This document shows, piece by piece, positions 51,086 to 64,000 of a stretch of DNA of 64,000 nucleotides. Made by a program: the position numbers and the translations under genes. The first letter of the stretch is position 1. Every line of letters starts with the position of its first letter. This DNA comes from Octopus vulgaris (lineage: Eukaryota), in NCBI GenBank assembly GCA_951406725.2, contig OX597829.1:56730001-56794000 (forward strand). The letters are read 5' to 3'. Under the pieces are notes generated by a model that ran no database searches, was not told the DNA's origin, and saw only the letters and a program-made list of their open reading frames with translations.

Positions 51086-51928
51086 TAACGATAACATCAA
51101 ACTACTTTACATGATCACAGATAAGCAGTATCTGAGACAAAAAAGGGGTGGGCAGCTGGGTAATAATAATAATAATAATTAATAAATTAATAATAATAAT
51201 GATTTTTTTATGCATTCAAAGAGTTTATGAATAACAGAGAGAGAGAGAGAGAGAGTATTTACAGGCTTAATAAATAAAATATTTAGCAAAATTTTGTATA
51301 TGTCTGTGTGTAATTTATATTAATATTTTTTTTTCTAATTAGAGGTATAGCTGCCACCCCTCAACCAAATTAATTATATTCTGCAAAAGTTGAGGTGACA
51401 TAACACCGTTTTTTAGTTGTCCTAGTCAACCAATATTAGCAATATTCTTCAAATTTTTGGATTTACATTTTAATAGTAATGAACTTTCCATTCAGTAGAA
51501 TGGAATTTTAAATATTGTCAGAGTCTTTTTTAATGGGGGTGGGTGGTTTAATTTTTGTAGAATAAATCTTTACATTCTTTTTTAATTTAGATGTAAAAGC
51601 GAAATAAATTAAATAAATAAATAAATGGAATAAAATAAAGGAAACAATGGAATTATTAAGATAGAAAGTTGAAGCTGGGAGGGGGGAAGATTTGTAACAA
51701 AACAATGAAAGTTTATCTTCCTAAAAACGGATGAAACATGGAGAGATGCGAAGAGGGATATCAGTCTTCTGTTTAAAAACAAAACAAACAAAAAAAAACC
51801 CAACAAAACAACAGTGAGGTATAATCAACAATATTAAACAAATAATAAATTTGTTTTTCTTGCTTTTGTTTTCTTTGTAAGTCACTGAATTAGAAAATTA
51901 ACAAGCACAGGTTTCACCAAGTCAATTA

Positions 51929-51970
<42 letters not shown>

Positions 51971-52329
51971 AATAATTAATGACTAAACTACCATCTTAGC
52001 AGTTTAATAAAGAATAAAAAATTGAAATTAAAATTAATCAATGACTAAATATTGGTCCATAATCTAAACAAATTCTATAATTTTATTGATTAAGAAGGTG
52101 GAGTAACAGAATTAGAATCGGTGGAGCACCGGACAAAATGCCACGTGGTATTAAGTATTTTTCTGAGTTCAAATCCTACTGGATCAAATTTTACCGTTTC
52201 CACAACCCTTGAGGAGTTGTTGATATTGTTATGTAGACTCAGATCGACACTGATCTCTCAGCAGAGATTAATGCCATGTAAGTAGTCAGCCAAACAATTA
52301 GGTGGAATTCCTCAGAATTATTGTTCTCG

Positions 52330-53200
52330 ATTATCTCATAATACCACTATCTGAGGACCAAACTGTACGGTCAGACATGCAATGGTTAATTATAGGAGGT
52401 GCTGCAGTCTGACCAGACATCTATTAATCCAATTTGGTGGTGGCTACAGTAAAGGTGGGCAAGGGTGGATTTGGTCACAGTGCAGCAGTTGCTGTTCTTC
52501 TGGTGTGCATCCCAGCACAGAGTTTTAGAGTTAATAAAAGGTACTGATGTTGCAGTCATCTATGTGTGTGTGTGTGTAGGTGCATGGTTTTTATGTGTGT
52601 GGAAGAGTTAGCACAATGTTATTGATGTATGTGTGTGTTGGGGGTGGGAGTGTGATTGTAGATACAATGACCAGAGATGGCGTCCTTCACATATATTAAT
52701 ATTTAGTAATATTTTTGTTTCATTGTGTAGACACTGTGTGGGTGTGGTCTATGTGCAACTTGTGAAAAGACAGAATGCAGTAGTTTGTTGTAGTTTGTGG
52801 TGAGAATGTTGGGGACCCAGGCACAATTGGCATAATCCATTATGGATTAAATATGTTATTTGTACACAATTGTTATTGATTCTTTCTGTTGGCCAAATGT
52901 GTTACCTGTGATTTCTCTAAAATATCTATGTGTATTGTTTTGCTTGTTTCAAACTGTCTTCTACGTGTTTTGTGAATATTGTGAGAGTGCTGCGTGCAAG
53001 TCCTTGTAGTTTTGTCTTGTATGTCTCGTATGTTGTTGAGTGTGATGGTGGGTTGTGAATGTGTAATTCATGTAAAGTAAAAAGGGAGATGGGATCACTT
53101 CAGGTGTTGAGTGTTGCTTTGGAAACAGGATTCTAGGTGACTTGATGAAGTGTTTCAGTTGTGCACTATGGATGTCGAATGCAGGAAAGATTTCAGTGTG

Positions 53201-53244
<44 letters not shown>

Positions 53245-53560
53245 ATATCGACTATGCATGAGGCAGTGTGTATGCTTTGAGGAGGTGTTGGAAGGTTGTG
53301 TAAATACATGTTAAAAAGAGAGGCTGAGAGGACGGATCCTTGTGTTACTCCATTCGGGAAATTAAAAATTATATATTTGTATTCCACAAAGGCTTGGCAA
53401 CCTGAGAAATAGTTTAATAGGCAGCCAGTATTTTATGTTCTTTTTTTTTTTTCTTTCTCCACATGTAGCCTGTGGAAAGTGGGTAATCGAGTAAAACGTT
53501 TTGCTAATGTCAATGATAATTGAAACAGTGTTTGTGTATCTTTCTTTTCCAGAATTTGTT
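52330..53560 (-). mobile_element. Decayed LINE RT fragment downstream of the NEURL4 stop
   Basis: NGVTQGSVLSASLFNMYLHNLP is an RT domain 4 motif. Confidence 0.65.
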
Positions 53561-53695
53561 ATTTATTATTTGAGCTACCATGTATCTTTTGTGAAATGTG
53601 TGTGTGAGGATATGTGATGATGGGAATTTTGCAAGTTGGGGTTTTCTTCACATGTTAGCTTCTCTTTCTCTTTTTCTATCTACACAAGTTTGAAC

Positions 53696-53900
53696 CTATT
53701 CAACTTTAATTAACAGTGATGCAAGCATTATTGAACCTCGCTCTTTGGTACTCCATTCAATTTCATTATTGCTGAATCTTGGATCAAATTGCTCATTGGA
53801 ACCTATTGATGATGGACCAACTTTGTATGAGGATGGTTTTACCCACACTTGGAATGCTACTTGTGCTTGATGAGACTTTTTAGTTTTAGGATCTATGAAT
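53696..53900 (-). CDS. NEURL4: NEURL4 last coding exon ([26 protein letters not shown]...NEIEWSTKERGSIMLASLLIKVE*)
   Basis: Poly-T tract with cAG acceptor, phase 2, TAG at 53698-53696. Matches the recalled human C-terminus [25 protein letters not shown]...ELEWVTKEKGATLLCALLVRVE. Confidence 0.95.
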
Positions 53901-54866
53901 CTGAAAAAAAAAAAATAAATAAATACATGTATAAATAAAGGATCGGAGCAGCATCGAATAACATCACGTTTAATGCATAATGATCTATTTTAATACACAC
54001 ACACACATACACACAAGTATCTGACTCTGAACACATCACTGCAATCATGTATCAAGAACCTTAATGCATATAGGTGTAAGCATGGTTGTGGGATTAATAA
54101 GTTCACTTTGCAACCATCTGGTTTTGGGTTCAGTCCCACTGCACAGCAACTTGGGGCAGTGTATTCTACTATAGCCTTAGGATGATCAATGACCCTCTGA
54201 ATGAACTTTGTAGTTACAAACTGCAAAGAAACCTGTCGTGTGTGTGTGTGTCACAGCTTGAAACCAGTGTTGGTTTGTTTAGATTCCTGTAACTTAGCAG
54301 TTTGCCAAAAGAGACCAATAGAATAAGCAGCCATAGCCCAAATGGCTGAAACTAGAAAAAGAATAACAAAAATAAAAGTATTAAATTATTTCAAGTATTA
54401 ATATAAATATCCAATATATAAATCACACACACACAGGGCTTCTTTCAGTTTCTATGTAGTAAATCAACTCACAAAACTTTATATGTCCTATGGCTATAGT
54501 AGGAGACTAGTTCAAAGTGCCAAACAATGAGATTGAACCCCAAACCATACAATTTGGAAGCAAACTTCTTAACCACACACTCATTCCTGCATTGCAATAT
54601 AAAATTAGACTTTTTTTTTTTTTGCTGAACAAAATTTGATTTTTGCAACCCCAGCATTTCGCTTCGTGACTCCATTTGTTTAAGAAGCGCTGCTTTAGAT
54701 AATCTAGTCATAGATATACAGTGTTTGAATAAAAGGCAAGGAAGTCATGGCTGGAATGTTTTAATATAACTCTGCATAAATAGAACAGATATGATCAAAA
54801 CAACAACAAAAAGCAGATAATATAAAATAACAAAAAGAAAGGCAAATAAGAAGATCTGAAACATAC

Positions 54867-55014
54867 TTGTGTCTAGATGAGAAGTATTTAGATCCTGCAT
54901 AACGAATTGTTGGTGAAAGAAAGAGTTGTCGACTTAATGAATCGTCAGGCTTAGTTTTCTCTGAGTAATGGAAAGACTGAGCCAACAGGATGTTGTTACC
55001 TGATAATATTTCAG
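54867..55014 (-). CDS. NEURL4: NEURL4 exon (SEILSGNNILL...RQLFLSPTIRYAGSKYFSSRH)
   Basis: cttccAG / GTatgt, phases 1/2. Contains the LSPxxxYAG motif. Confidence 0.93.
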
Positions 55015-56196
55015 CTGGAAGCAAAAACAAAACTAAAGTTTCAAACATGTCAAATCAAGACAACATGAATATTCTTGCAAAAACCTAAAACTAATGATGC
55101 TTAAAGTTAGCATTTCTAGAATATTTTTAGCAAAATAAAAAAGTAGAGTCTATTAAGATTCTATTCTAGTAAGAAATTTAAAAAAAGCGAGGGCAAATGG
55201 AGTGCAGTGGTATGGGCATGTGTTGAGGAGGGATGAGGGAGCATGTTCTGAAGAGGATGCTGCTAGAGTTTGAGGTAAATGGACAGCGAAAGTGAGGTAG
55301 ATGGAGGAAAATGTGGAGGGGACAGGTGGAGGAGGAGATTGGGAGAGTTGATTTGAGAAGGGATGATGCCCAATACTGGGCAAGATGGTGTGAGGGCAGT
55401 TGCTATGGTATTGAGGTAGATCTGGCCACCCACCGTTAATGGGGAACAAAATACAGGATGATGATGATGATGTAATAAATTTAGGGTTATCATGTTCAAC
55501 AGAGGGACATATTAAATAATGTTGTGTTAGATAAACCATCTGTAATTAAAAGAAGTGATGGTCACAGCTGGAGCACACTAGATCAAGACTGACTAGATAC
55601 AGTAGACTTTAGTTTTTTATCAACTTTTTAATGTGAACATTATAAAGTTAATGAGAAACATCTACATGTTGAGAAAAACACAATATTACTCAATGACCAA
55701 TATCATTTTAATTAGTCTAGAAAATATGTGAAGACAACTTTGAGCATATTTCAGTCTTATTACACCTTTTCAGCAAAGTACAAACTTTCACATACTTGCC
55801 AAAGCAGTGATGAGCGAGTCACTAAATAATACGATATGGTATACTAGTTAGCATAAGAATTTAGTATGTTCCAAAAGATAAATTCCCGAAAGAAACTGGT
55901 AAGTATAGTAAAGACTATGATTTGCTTAGGAGGCTAAACAAGAACAATATATCTTACAATATGATCAATAGAAAACATGTCAAAGTAGATATTGGGGTTT
56001 GATAAATTCCTCCAGCTCAATGGATCCTGTTAAACAACCATCCAACTTATGCCAGCATGGAAGATGAGAATATGATGATGGCCTTCCTCACAGCTGATTC
56101 CTTCATAAGACATTGGCCAGCCTGGGGCTATAGAAGAAGGTACATAAGGTGTGTGTGTGTGTGTAAAAGAAATAAACAAAATCCATTCATACTTAC

Positions 56197-56312
56197 ATGA
56201 TAAGTGTAAATCACCGCAATCTAATATTTTCCGAACTGCTTCCAAACGGGTTCCATAAAATGCCGCATGCCATTTTTCAAACATGTTCAAATTGTGAGAT
56301 TTACAAGGTGTC
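56197..56312 (-). CDS. NEURL4: NEURL4 exon (KTPCKSHNLNMFEKWHAAFYGTRLEAVRKILDCGDLHLS)
   Basis: ttctgcAG / GTaagt, phases 2/1. Matches the recalled KWHMAYHGS..AVRRVLDRGEL. Confidence 0.95.
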
Positions 56313-57867
56313 CTGCAGAAGAAATACCAAAGATAGAAATTAACATCAATTTGTAACCTGGTCACATCACAAACATTTCTCACTGGAATTCCTGTCAGAT
56401 ATTTCCCATGAATTATGCTCAAACTATTTTCAAACAATCTTGACATTTTTTTCTTGTTCCAGAAACAGTATCACAATCTAACACTAAAGTTCCAAATACC
56501 TCATTGTTTTGGACTGTTTGAGAAATAATACATAGAATGCAATAAATATAAAATGTCTATGCACTCAAGAAGGAACTTTAAAGGGTTAGTTCTGGATTCA
56601 TGGCCTTTAAAATGAATGAATGGTAATTCCTTCCCACTGCCCTTAGACAGGATGCTAAATAACCTTTCTCATTCAGCCCCTATTCCCAAGATGCCATTAA
56701 CTTTAACATTATAACCTAATTTTCTCTTTCATCAATAAATTTGTTTTAACACTTAACCATGGAGGGAAAGGCATCCCCCATGATAATTCTGTTAGAGCCC
56801 CTGGGAGTGGCAAGAGAAAGTTTTCCTAAAAACTGGATCTCTGGTCTGAATTTCTGCAACAGAGTGAACTTCATCAAAAACATTCCAGAAGAGGAAGGAG
56901 GAGGAGGATGTGGTGGTGGTGGTAGTTGTGATAATAAAACTGGACAATGGATTATGTCTACCAACCAAGAACTCAGGATGCCAAGAGTTGGGATAAACAG
57001 CCTAATTCATCCTACATGATGTTCTTGTAATTTCACCGATCCATCACAATGGTCAGGTACTTTACTTTATTAACAGTCTAGATTGGGATTATCAGATGTC
57101 TCAGAACCAACAATGTGGTACAAATACACACAAATCCAAAGACAGAATATTCAGTGATGCACAAATAATATCGATTATCAATATTTGACGGGTATATATT
57201 TTTACCAATGTTGGATGGATGAATGGCAAATCGTCTTCAGCTCAATTTGAACCTTGAGACAAATTTATTCAGAATAAAATACAAGGCATTTTGTCTGCTG
57301 CTTTATTGGGTCAGTCTGAAAGACAAAGTTGATGGTCGTGGTAGGATTTGAAACATGGAACATTAAAAAACTACATCAAATACAACAAAGCATTCTGCCA
57401 GTCCACTGGTTGTAATGTTTCTTGCATTATATTTTGAGGGGAGGAGCTAAGTCAAAACCATCAACCCCTCACTACCTGACTGTATTGAACTTTATTGAGC
57501 CGGGAGGAACAAATGGTAACATAAACCTTGATGGATTTGAACTCAAAAAGGACAAGAACAAATATTGCAAGGAATATTTTTGTCTGATACTGAGTGTTCA
57601 CCACCATAATGGTAATAGCAATTGTTTATAACAGAGGTACAAGGAATGGAATTTGGAAGGGTGAAATTACTTGATACCTTAATTGATTACTTTAATCAAC
57701 AATGAAGGGATGAAAGACAAGGTTGGTGGGATTTGAACTCAGAACATAAAGAGCCAGAACACACAAGGCTCTAATAATTCTGCTAATACACCACCCTGGT
57801 GGTGGTAGGGGTAATGGTAGTGGTGATGTTGGTGGTAGTAATAGTAGTAAAAAGGTTGTGATCTTAC

Positions 57868-58006
57868 TTGAGTGAAAAACGGCACCAGCCACAAGGTACG
57901 GCATATTCCTTTGGTGGATCACCTCGTTTATAGTACAATTCATCTCCACGTATTTTATGACAAGTTTCACAATAACACATATTATACTGCTTACTGAAAT
58001 AACCGT
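57868..58006 (-). CDS. NEURL4: NEURL4 exon (DGYFSKQYNMCYCETCHKIRGDELYYKRGDPPKEYAVPCGWCRFSL)
   Basis: ttttccAG / GTaaga, phases 1/2. Matches the recalled CYCESCRKLRGDE..RGEPPREYALPFGWCRF. Confidence 0.95.
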
Positions 58007-58230
58007 CTGGAAAACAAAAACAAAACAAATAATTGCCATATTTCCCAAACGGCAAATACAAAGACAATGAAAAAAAATTCAAATAAAGACATCCTAGGTT
58101 CGGTGTATTCCATACAGGAATCAGAAATATAAACATACAATGTTTATCACTTTCCTAAGAGTGTTAATAATGCTCCCACTGATAACTTGTCACTTGTAAA
58201 TTAAGAGTAGGGACCTTCAGATAATAAGGC

Positions 58231-58732
58231 TAGAATATACCCCTGTCCAGAATATACTCCATGCTTGTGGACAAATAACACAGATGTACCTCACTTATAA
58301 AAGTTGCCACAAAACATATATAAAATTTGATATCACTCAATGAAGAATTAAAAATTACATGTAAATTTCGATTTAAACATCGTAATTTAGAATTATCAAA
58401 TGCAAAATACTTTAAAATGCACCAATATAAATCCAACACGAATGGCCACATTTGCGCAAGTCTAAGCAACGACTCATAATACAGGTGGGTTGTGCAGCAT
58501 GCGTGAGTCGTCAGGCTTCTTCCAATCCACCTATACATTCGGCTTATATTGGTACATTTTAAAGTATTTTGCATTTGATAATTCTAAATTGCAATGTTTA
58601 ATTCGAAATTTACATGTAACTTTTAATTCTTCATCGATTGATACCGAATTTTATATATTTTCTAAGGCAACTTTTATAAGCGAGGTACATCTGTGTTATA
58701 GTTTGGGTAGGGGTATATTCTGGGCTGTTACA
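58231..58732. repeat. Long imperfect inverted repeat (foldback MITE), main arms about 58275-58430 and 58544-58699
   Basis: Reverse-complement arms are visible, for example aatttagaattatcaaatgcaaaatactttaaaatg / cattttaaagtattttgcatttgataattctaaatt. Confidence 0.9.
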
Positions 58733-59647
58733 GTGGTCATAACACTGGCTCATTGATGACATAGTCCACAAGAGTGGTTTATAGAGAGATTGCAATTTGT
58801 TTTAACCATCACACATTTCGAATGATGATATTTTCGACATATTTATCATCATAAGTTCATTCTTAATTTGACTTTTTATGTTTGTGTTTAGCATCAATAA
58901 GTGGGGAAATAATAAACCTATAAAAAGACAAGCTAGTAGCGCTGTCAGAATTAAGACGTTCGTCTTACATGAAGTACCTAATGACTTTTAGCTGAACTTT
59001 TTTAAAGTAGCTACAAGATGTTACAATGGTAAGAATTTTGACCCAAGTCCAACTGAATCACTAAAATGAGGATATTGAAGTAAAACAAAATTAACCAATT
59101 TCAAAGTAACTTCTTTCTGAATAAAGAAATGCCATGCTTTGGAAAATATCATATACTCTTTACTCTCTTACTTGTTTCAGTCATTTGACTGTGGCCATGC
59201 TGGAGCACCGCCTTTAGTCGAGCAAATCGACCCCGGGACTTATTCTTTTGTAAGCCCAGTACTTATTCTATCGGTCTCTTTTGCCGAACCGCTAAGTGAC
59301 GGGGACATAAACATACCAGCATCGGTTGTCAAGCAATGCTAGGGGGACAAACACAGACATACAAACACACATATACATATATACGACAGGCTTCTTTCAG
59401 TTTCCGTCTACCAAATCCACTCACAAGGCATTGGTCGGCCTGGGGCTCTAGCAGAAGACACTTGCCCAAGATGCCACGCAGTGGGAGTGAACCCGGAACC
59501 ATGTGGTTAGTAAGCAAGCTACTTACCACACAGCCACTCCTGCGCCTATATATATTTATACTGATAAAAGTAACAAAGTTTTCTCAAAAGAGTGAAATAG
59601 TACAAAATTCTGTGCATTTACATATTGTTATTACATTTATTTGTAGA

Positions 59648-61188
59648 ATGTCTTTTACAAAGAAAAGGAGATGTGACAAGTCATATTTGAGCTTCGGTTT
59701 CACTGAGCTTACAGCTGGTGGAGTACAAAAACTGCAGCGTGTTCTGTGCTCTGAGGTATTGGCAGCTTCTTTGCCGAAGCACAGCAGGCCAAAGAGGCAT
59801 TTGGAAAGGAAACCTCCCAGTGCAGGCAACAAAGAGGAGGAATTTTTCAGAAGCCAAGCTGACAGATTGGTCAAACCCAGGCTTGATGACACAGGAATGT
59901 GTATGCAGGACATTGTGGCTGGTCTGAAAGCTTCCTACAAGGTTTCAAGGAAAATTACTGCTGCAAAAACCCCTCATAACATTAGAGAGCAGTTAGTTCT
60001 TCCTTGCTGCAGAGATATAATCTCACTCTTGCTCAAAACAACCAAACTACAGAAGCTAAAACATGTTTCACTTTCCAACAACACCATCAGTCGATGAATC
60101 ACTGAGATGTCTGATAATATTTTGTCTCAGTCATCTCAACGATAAAAACATCAATGTTTAAGTATGTCGCCAATTCTCTAAACTCGCGTCTTTTTGCTGA
60201 CTTGTGCAAGGACAATGGCTCTGATTTTGAAACGCTTTTACTGAACTCACATATGAAGTGATTATCCAAGGAGAGAGTACTGAAAAGAGTCTTCATTCTA
60301 CGAAAGGAGATACACGAATCTCTTTGTGGTGCTAAAAAAGAACTGCACAGACATTTCTCCTTATGTGTCGACATTTTTGAATCAGTTAATTCTGTTAACT
60401 TAGCACTACAAAGAGAGGACATCACCATTGTCCACTGTCATGAAAAAATGACAGCATTTAAAATGAAGTTCCATTTGTGGCATTCTAAATTGGAATGTGA
60501 GAATTTTGCACCATTTCTGAACCTCAATACTTTCCTTGATGAAGACAGCCATCAAGTTGTGGTTGACATCCTCGACATTATGAAACAGCATGTCTTAATT
60601 CTTCTCACTGAAATGTAAAGATACTTCCCTGACCTACAAAACTTCAAGAAAGTTCATCATTTCATCACCAATTCCTTTGAAATCTCTGTTGTTGACCTTC
60701 CATCAGAAGAGTTCATCGACTTGCTGAATAATGGTGGTGCAAAGAACACCTTCCGTAACATGTGTTGCAGTGAATTCTGGATTGAAATGATGCAGTCCTA
60801 TCCAGATGCTGCTAAATTGATCCTCAAATTCATCATTCCATTTGCAAGAACACATGAATGTGAGACGGCTTTTGCAACTTTATTCGCAATTAAAACAAAG
60901 GCTCACAATAAACTGGATGTTGCGCATGACATAAGGGTCACATTATCAAAAATGCAGCCTAATATTGAGGACATATTACAGACCAAACAAGTTCACCTTT
61001 CTCGTTGCAATTTTTTATTTTATCAGTAAAATTTTATCCCATGAAAAATTATTTTATATAGGGCCATTTTACTTCGTTCATCTTCTCTGATCTTTTCATT
61101 TTGGGGTGAGGGTGGGAAACTATGAAGCCTCGAAAAAATGGGAGGGGATCTGTAGGATGAAAATTTTGAAAAAGTTTGGGAACCAAGG
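59648..61188 (+). mobile_element. Decayed, internally deleted hAT (Buster/Charlie-type) transposon in a NEURL4 intron
   Basis: KKRRCDKSYLSFGF..VLCSEVL..KRHLERK (BED finger remnant), VSLSNNTISR and FW..YPD..PFARTHECETAF (dimerisation domain). The right end GGGAACCAAGG is followed by CTCTATAC, which fits the nnnTAnnn target pattern. Confidence 0.85.
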
Positions 61189-62370
61189 CTCTATACCTTT
61201 AGTCTCTCAACTGGCACAAAGCCATTCCCTACTCTATACTCTCCCTTCCAAGTTCAAGGGGTTTCTTTTTTTCCATCTTGCAAGGTACTTGGTGACCCTG
61301 TTAGTGAGGGTGTCACATAAAAAGCATTGGTATTAGTGCCATGTAGAAAGCGGTCAGTACATTCAGTAAAGTGGTTTGCATTAGGAAGGGCATCTAGTTG
61401 CAGAAACTAAGCCAAAACAGACAATGGAATCTAGTGCAGCACCTGGCCTTGCCAGTTCCTTTCAAACTGCCCAACCCATGCCAGCATAGGAGAATGGAAT
61501 TTAAATGATGATGATGATGATATATATAAACAAACACACACACACACAACTGACCTCATCTATAGTACATATATTTAATATATTTACATCATCAACATTT
61601 TGCATTCACTTTCCATGGTGGTACGAGTCATCATGGTCCAAGCCATTTCTTATCGGGAGCCACATTTCTTACATTGGTGCTGGTTTGTGTCATCTGGCTT
61701 TCTATTACCAACAATTTTACTACTATACTCAGTGTACTGGGTGCATTTTCTCACGGTACCAGCACTAGAAGGGTTGTCAAGTTTTCAGTAAGCCATGATT
61801 AAAGGGACTGCATAAACCCTGTCTCCATCTGAGAGGGGGGAGGGAGGGGGGAAAGATGGTTTGGAGGAGAGGGACAGACGGAGGTATGTAGATCTCCTGG
61901 TGCAGAAGTGAGGCGGAGCTCTGTGGGAGTTTTCAGTATGAGGGAAGAGATTACTGGTATATGAGAGAAGGGACTTCCGGTATGAGAGAAGAGTTTTCTG
62001 GTATTGATGGTTGGGGGGCGAGAAAGGATGGGCAAATCGTGAAAAAGAAATGGAAGAACAGGCTAGCTTTGCATTAAGGTTACAAAGTTAATTTAACCCA
62101 GGATTGATTAGTTACATAAGGAATGATGAACAATTAAAAAAATGAGAGAAGTTTCTTAGCTTAGCGGCTGGACATTTCGTGTCATGATATGGTGGTGCCA
62201 AATAGCTCAGCAAGATACTCAGTGATACTACCATTATCGGCACTGTCCTTTATTTTAGAAAGAACAGAAGATTCCTAACAAGTCAAACGATCACAAAGAG
62301 CCTCTCAATGTGACTTGTAAAAGCTGAAATAAAGGAAGTCTTACATGAATGAAGAAAACAGAAAGAATAC

Positions 62371-62475
62371 CTGGGATTGCTAATATAGCAAGGAGCCTGG
62401 AACATATGTTCTGGTATTCACAGTTACATATGATAGCGGGTTCATATGGGATTCTGGTCAGTTTCTCTTTTACCA
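62371..62475 (-). CDS. NEURL4: NEURL4 exon (VVKEKLTRIPYEPAIICNCEYQNICSRLLAILAIP)
   Basis: tttgcAG / GTattc, 105 nt, phases 1/1. Matches the recalled human CEYHALCSRFQELLLLP. Confidence 0.9.
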
Positions 62476-63189
62476 CTGCAAAGTAATGTACATATGTTAG
62501 ATGGAATTTGACAGTAAGAAGATATCAATCAACGATATACACAGATGTGCGTGTACACACACACACGAAAGCCTAGCACCCCCAAATTCTTCATGGACAG
62601 TGTTGTGATATTACAATGTATATTGAGAATTTTCAGACCTGGCAGATCTATCCCTCTCCAGGTTAGAATCATCATTAATGATGACACTAATGATGACAGC
62701 AACAATGATGATAACGATGGTGATGATGATCTTGATGTGGTGGTGATGATGTTGATGATAATGGTGACTTTGATGATGATGAGGAGGATATGAATGATAA
62801 CACTGATGATTATAATAATGCTTTCAAATTTTGGCACAAGGCCACCAATTTTGGGGAAGGGGTTAAATCGATTAAATTGACCCTAGTGCTCAATTGGTAC
62901 TTATTTCACTGACCCCAGAAGGATGAAAGGCAAAGCCAACCCCGGTGGAATTTGAACTCAGAATGTAAAGATGAAAGAAAAACCACTAAGCATTTTGTCT
63001 GGTGTGCAAATGATTCTGCTAGCTCAGCTCGCTGCCATAATAATAACAACAATAATAATAATAACGATGATGACAATGATTGAAAAGATGTCTACATCTT
63101 CCTCCTTCCATATATAAAATATATATACATCTATAGATACACTCACGCACATATACAGACAGCTAGATAGGTAAAACACAATGACATAC

Positions 63190-63268
63190 CATCTTCAAGA
63201 TCTGCCTTTTCTCTATCGTCTTGGTACACAATAGACGAACTATTATTCTGGTCAGTTATGAGACTAAT
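63190..63268 (-). CDS. NEURL4: NEURL4 exon (ISLITDQNNSSSIVYQDDREKADLED)
   Basis: ctcttttcAG / GTatgt on the minus strand, 79 nt, phases 0/1. The gene continues beyond the window. Confidence 0.8.
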
Positions 63269-63865
63269 CTGAAAAGAGGAGAGGATATTGTAAATCAATA
63301 ACAGACATAGAACACAACTGGGATCTAATGAAGGAAAAGAGCCTAGCTGATTAATTATTTATTAATACAAATATATACATATATTTTGGCTGGCAATACT
63401 TGAGATTGCTCTAATCTGGCCAGCCCCAAGGAAAAACTAAGCTAAGAGCATTAGATTCCTTGGAAGAAAGCAGCGAATGTATATGAAAACAAGGACGGAA
63501 AAAGATGGAGAAATGTTACACAAATACGAATGCAAATGCATGGCTTCCGTGCCGGTGGCACATAAAAAGCACCATCCGAATCACGGCCGAAGACAGTGCC
63601 GCCTCGACTGGGTTCTGTGCCGGTGGCACGTAAAATGCACCAATCTGACCGTGGCCGATGCCAGCCTCGCCTGACACCTGTGCGGGTGGCACATAAAAAG
63701 CACCCACTACACTCACGGAGTGGTTGGCGTTAGGAAGGGCATCCAGCTGTAGAAACACTGCCAGATAAGACTGGAGCCTGGTGCAGCCTCCTGGCTTCCC
63801 AGATCCCCGGTCGAACCGTCCAACCCATGCTAGCATGGAGAACGGACGTTAAACGATGATGATGA

Positions 63866-63953
<88 letters not shown>

Positions 63954-64000
63954 TTGGAAATGGATGTGTAGCATTCGATCATATAATATATAAATATATA

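Noticed and set aside
59336-60097. 253-aa ORF as a novel or domesticated gene
   Set aside because: It is a chance fusion of an antisense SINE with a decayed hAT N-terminus. The BED-finger Cys/His residues are mutated and downstream frames are broken.

Overview
AT-rich eukaryotic animal DNA. The SINE/LINE/microsatellite landscape looks like an octopus or other coleoid cephalopod (inference). The window holds the 3' ends of two convergent spliced genes, reconstructed by hand with GT-AG boundaries and matching intron phases. One is a codanin-1 (CDAN1) homolog on + (exons 2437-15930). The other is NEURL4 on - (exons 63268-53696), encoding the C-terminal PARP-like ADP-ribosyltransferase domain. 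About 35 kb of intergenic DNA and the introns are filled with decayed mobile elements: a Penelope-like GIY-YIG element, RTE, Tx1/L1 and RLE-type LINEs, mariner, maT (DD37D), pogo/Tigger, hAT, Helitron-like elements, TTAA MITEs, SINEs and microsatellites. Almost all ORFs in the supplied track are spurious or are TE fragments. The main leads are: (1) non-canonical hammerhead-ribozyme motifs on Penelope-like termini; (2) a His-to-Tyr change in the NEURL4 catalytic motif; (3) a structured non-coding element embedded in a (CATA)n tract; (4) a possible cassette exon switching the CDAN1 C-terminus; (5) a templated local duplication; (6) an orphan CpG-rich promoter-like island. No database searches were run; family assignments rest on recalled motifs. 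I cannot claim a demonstrably new biological system.
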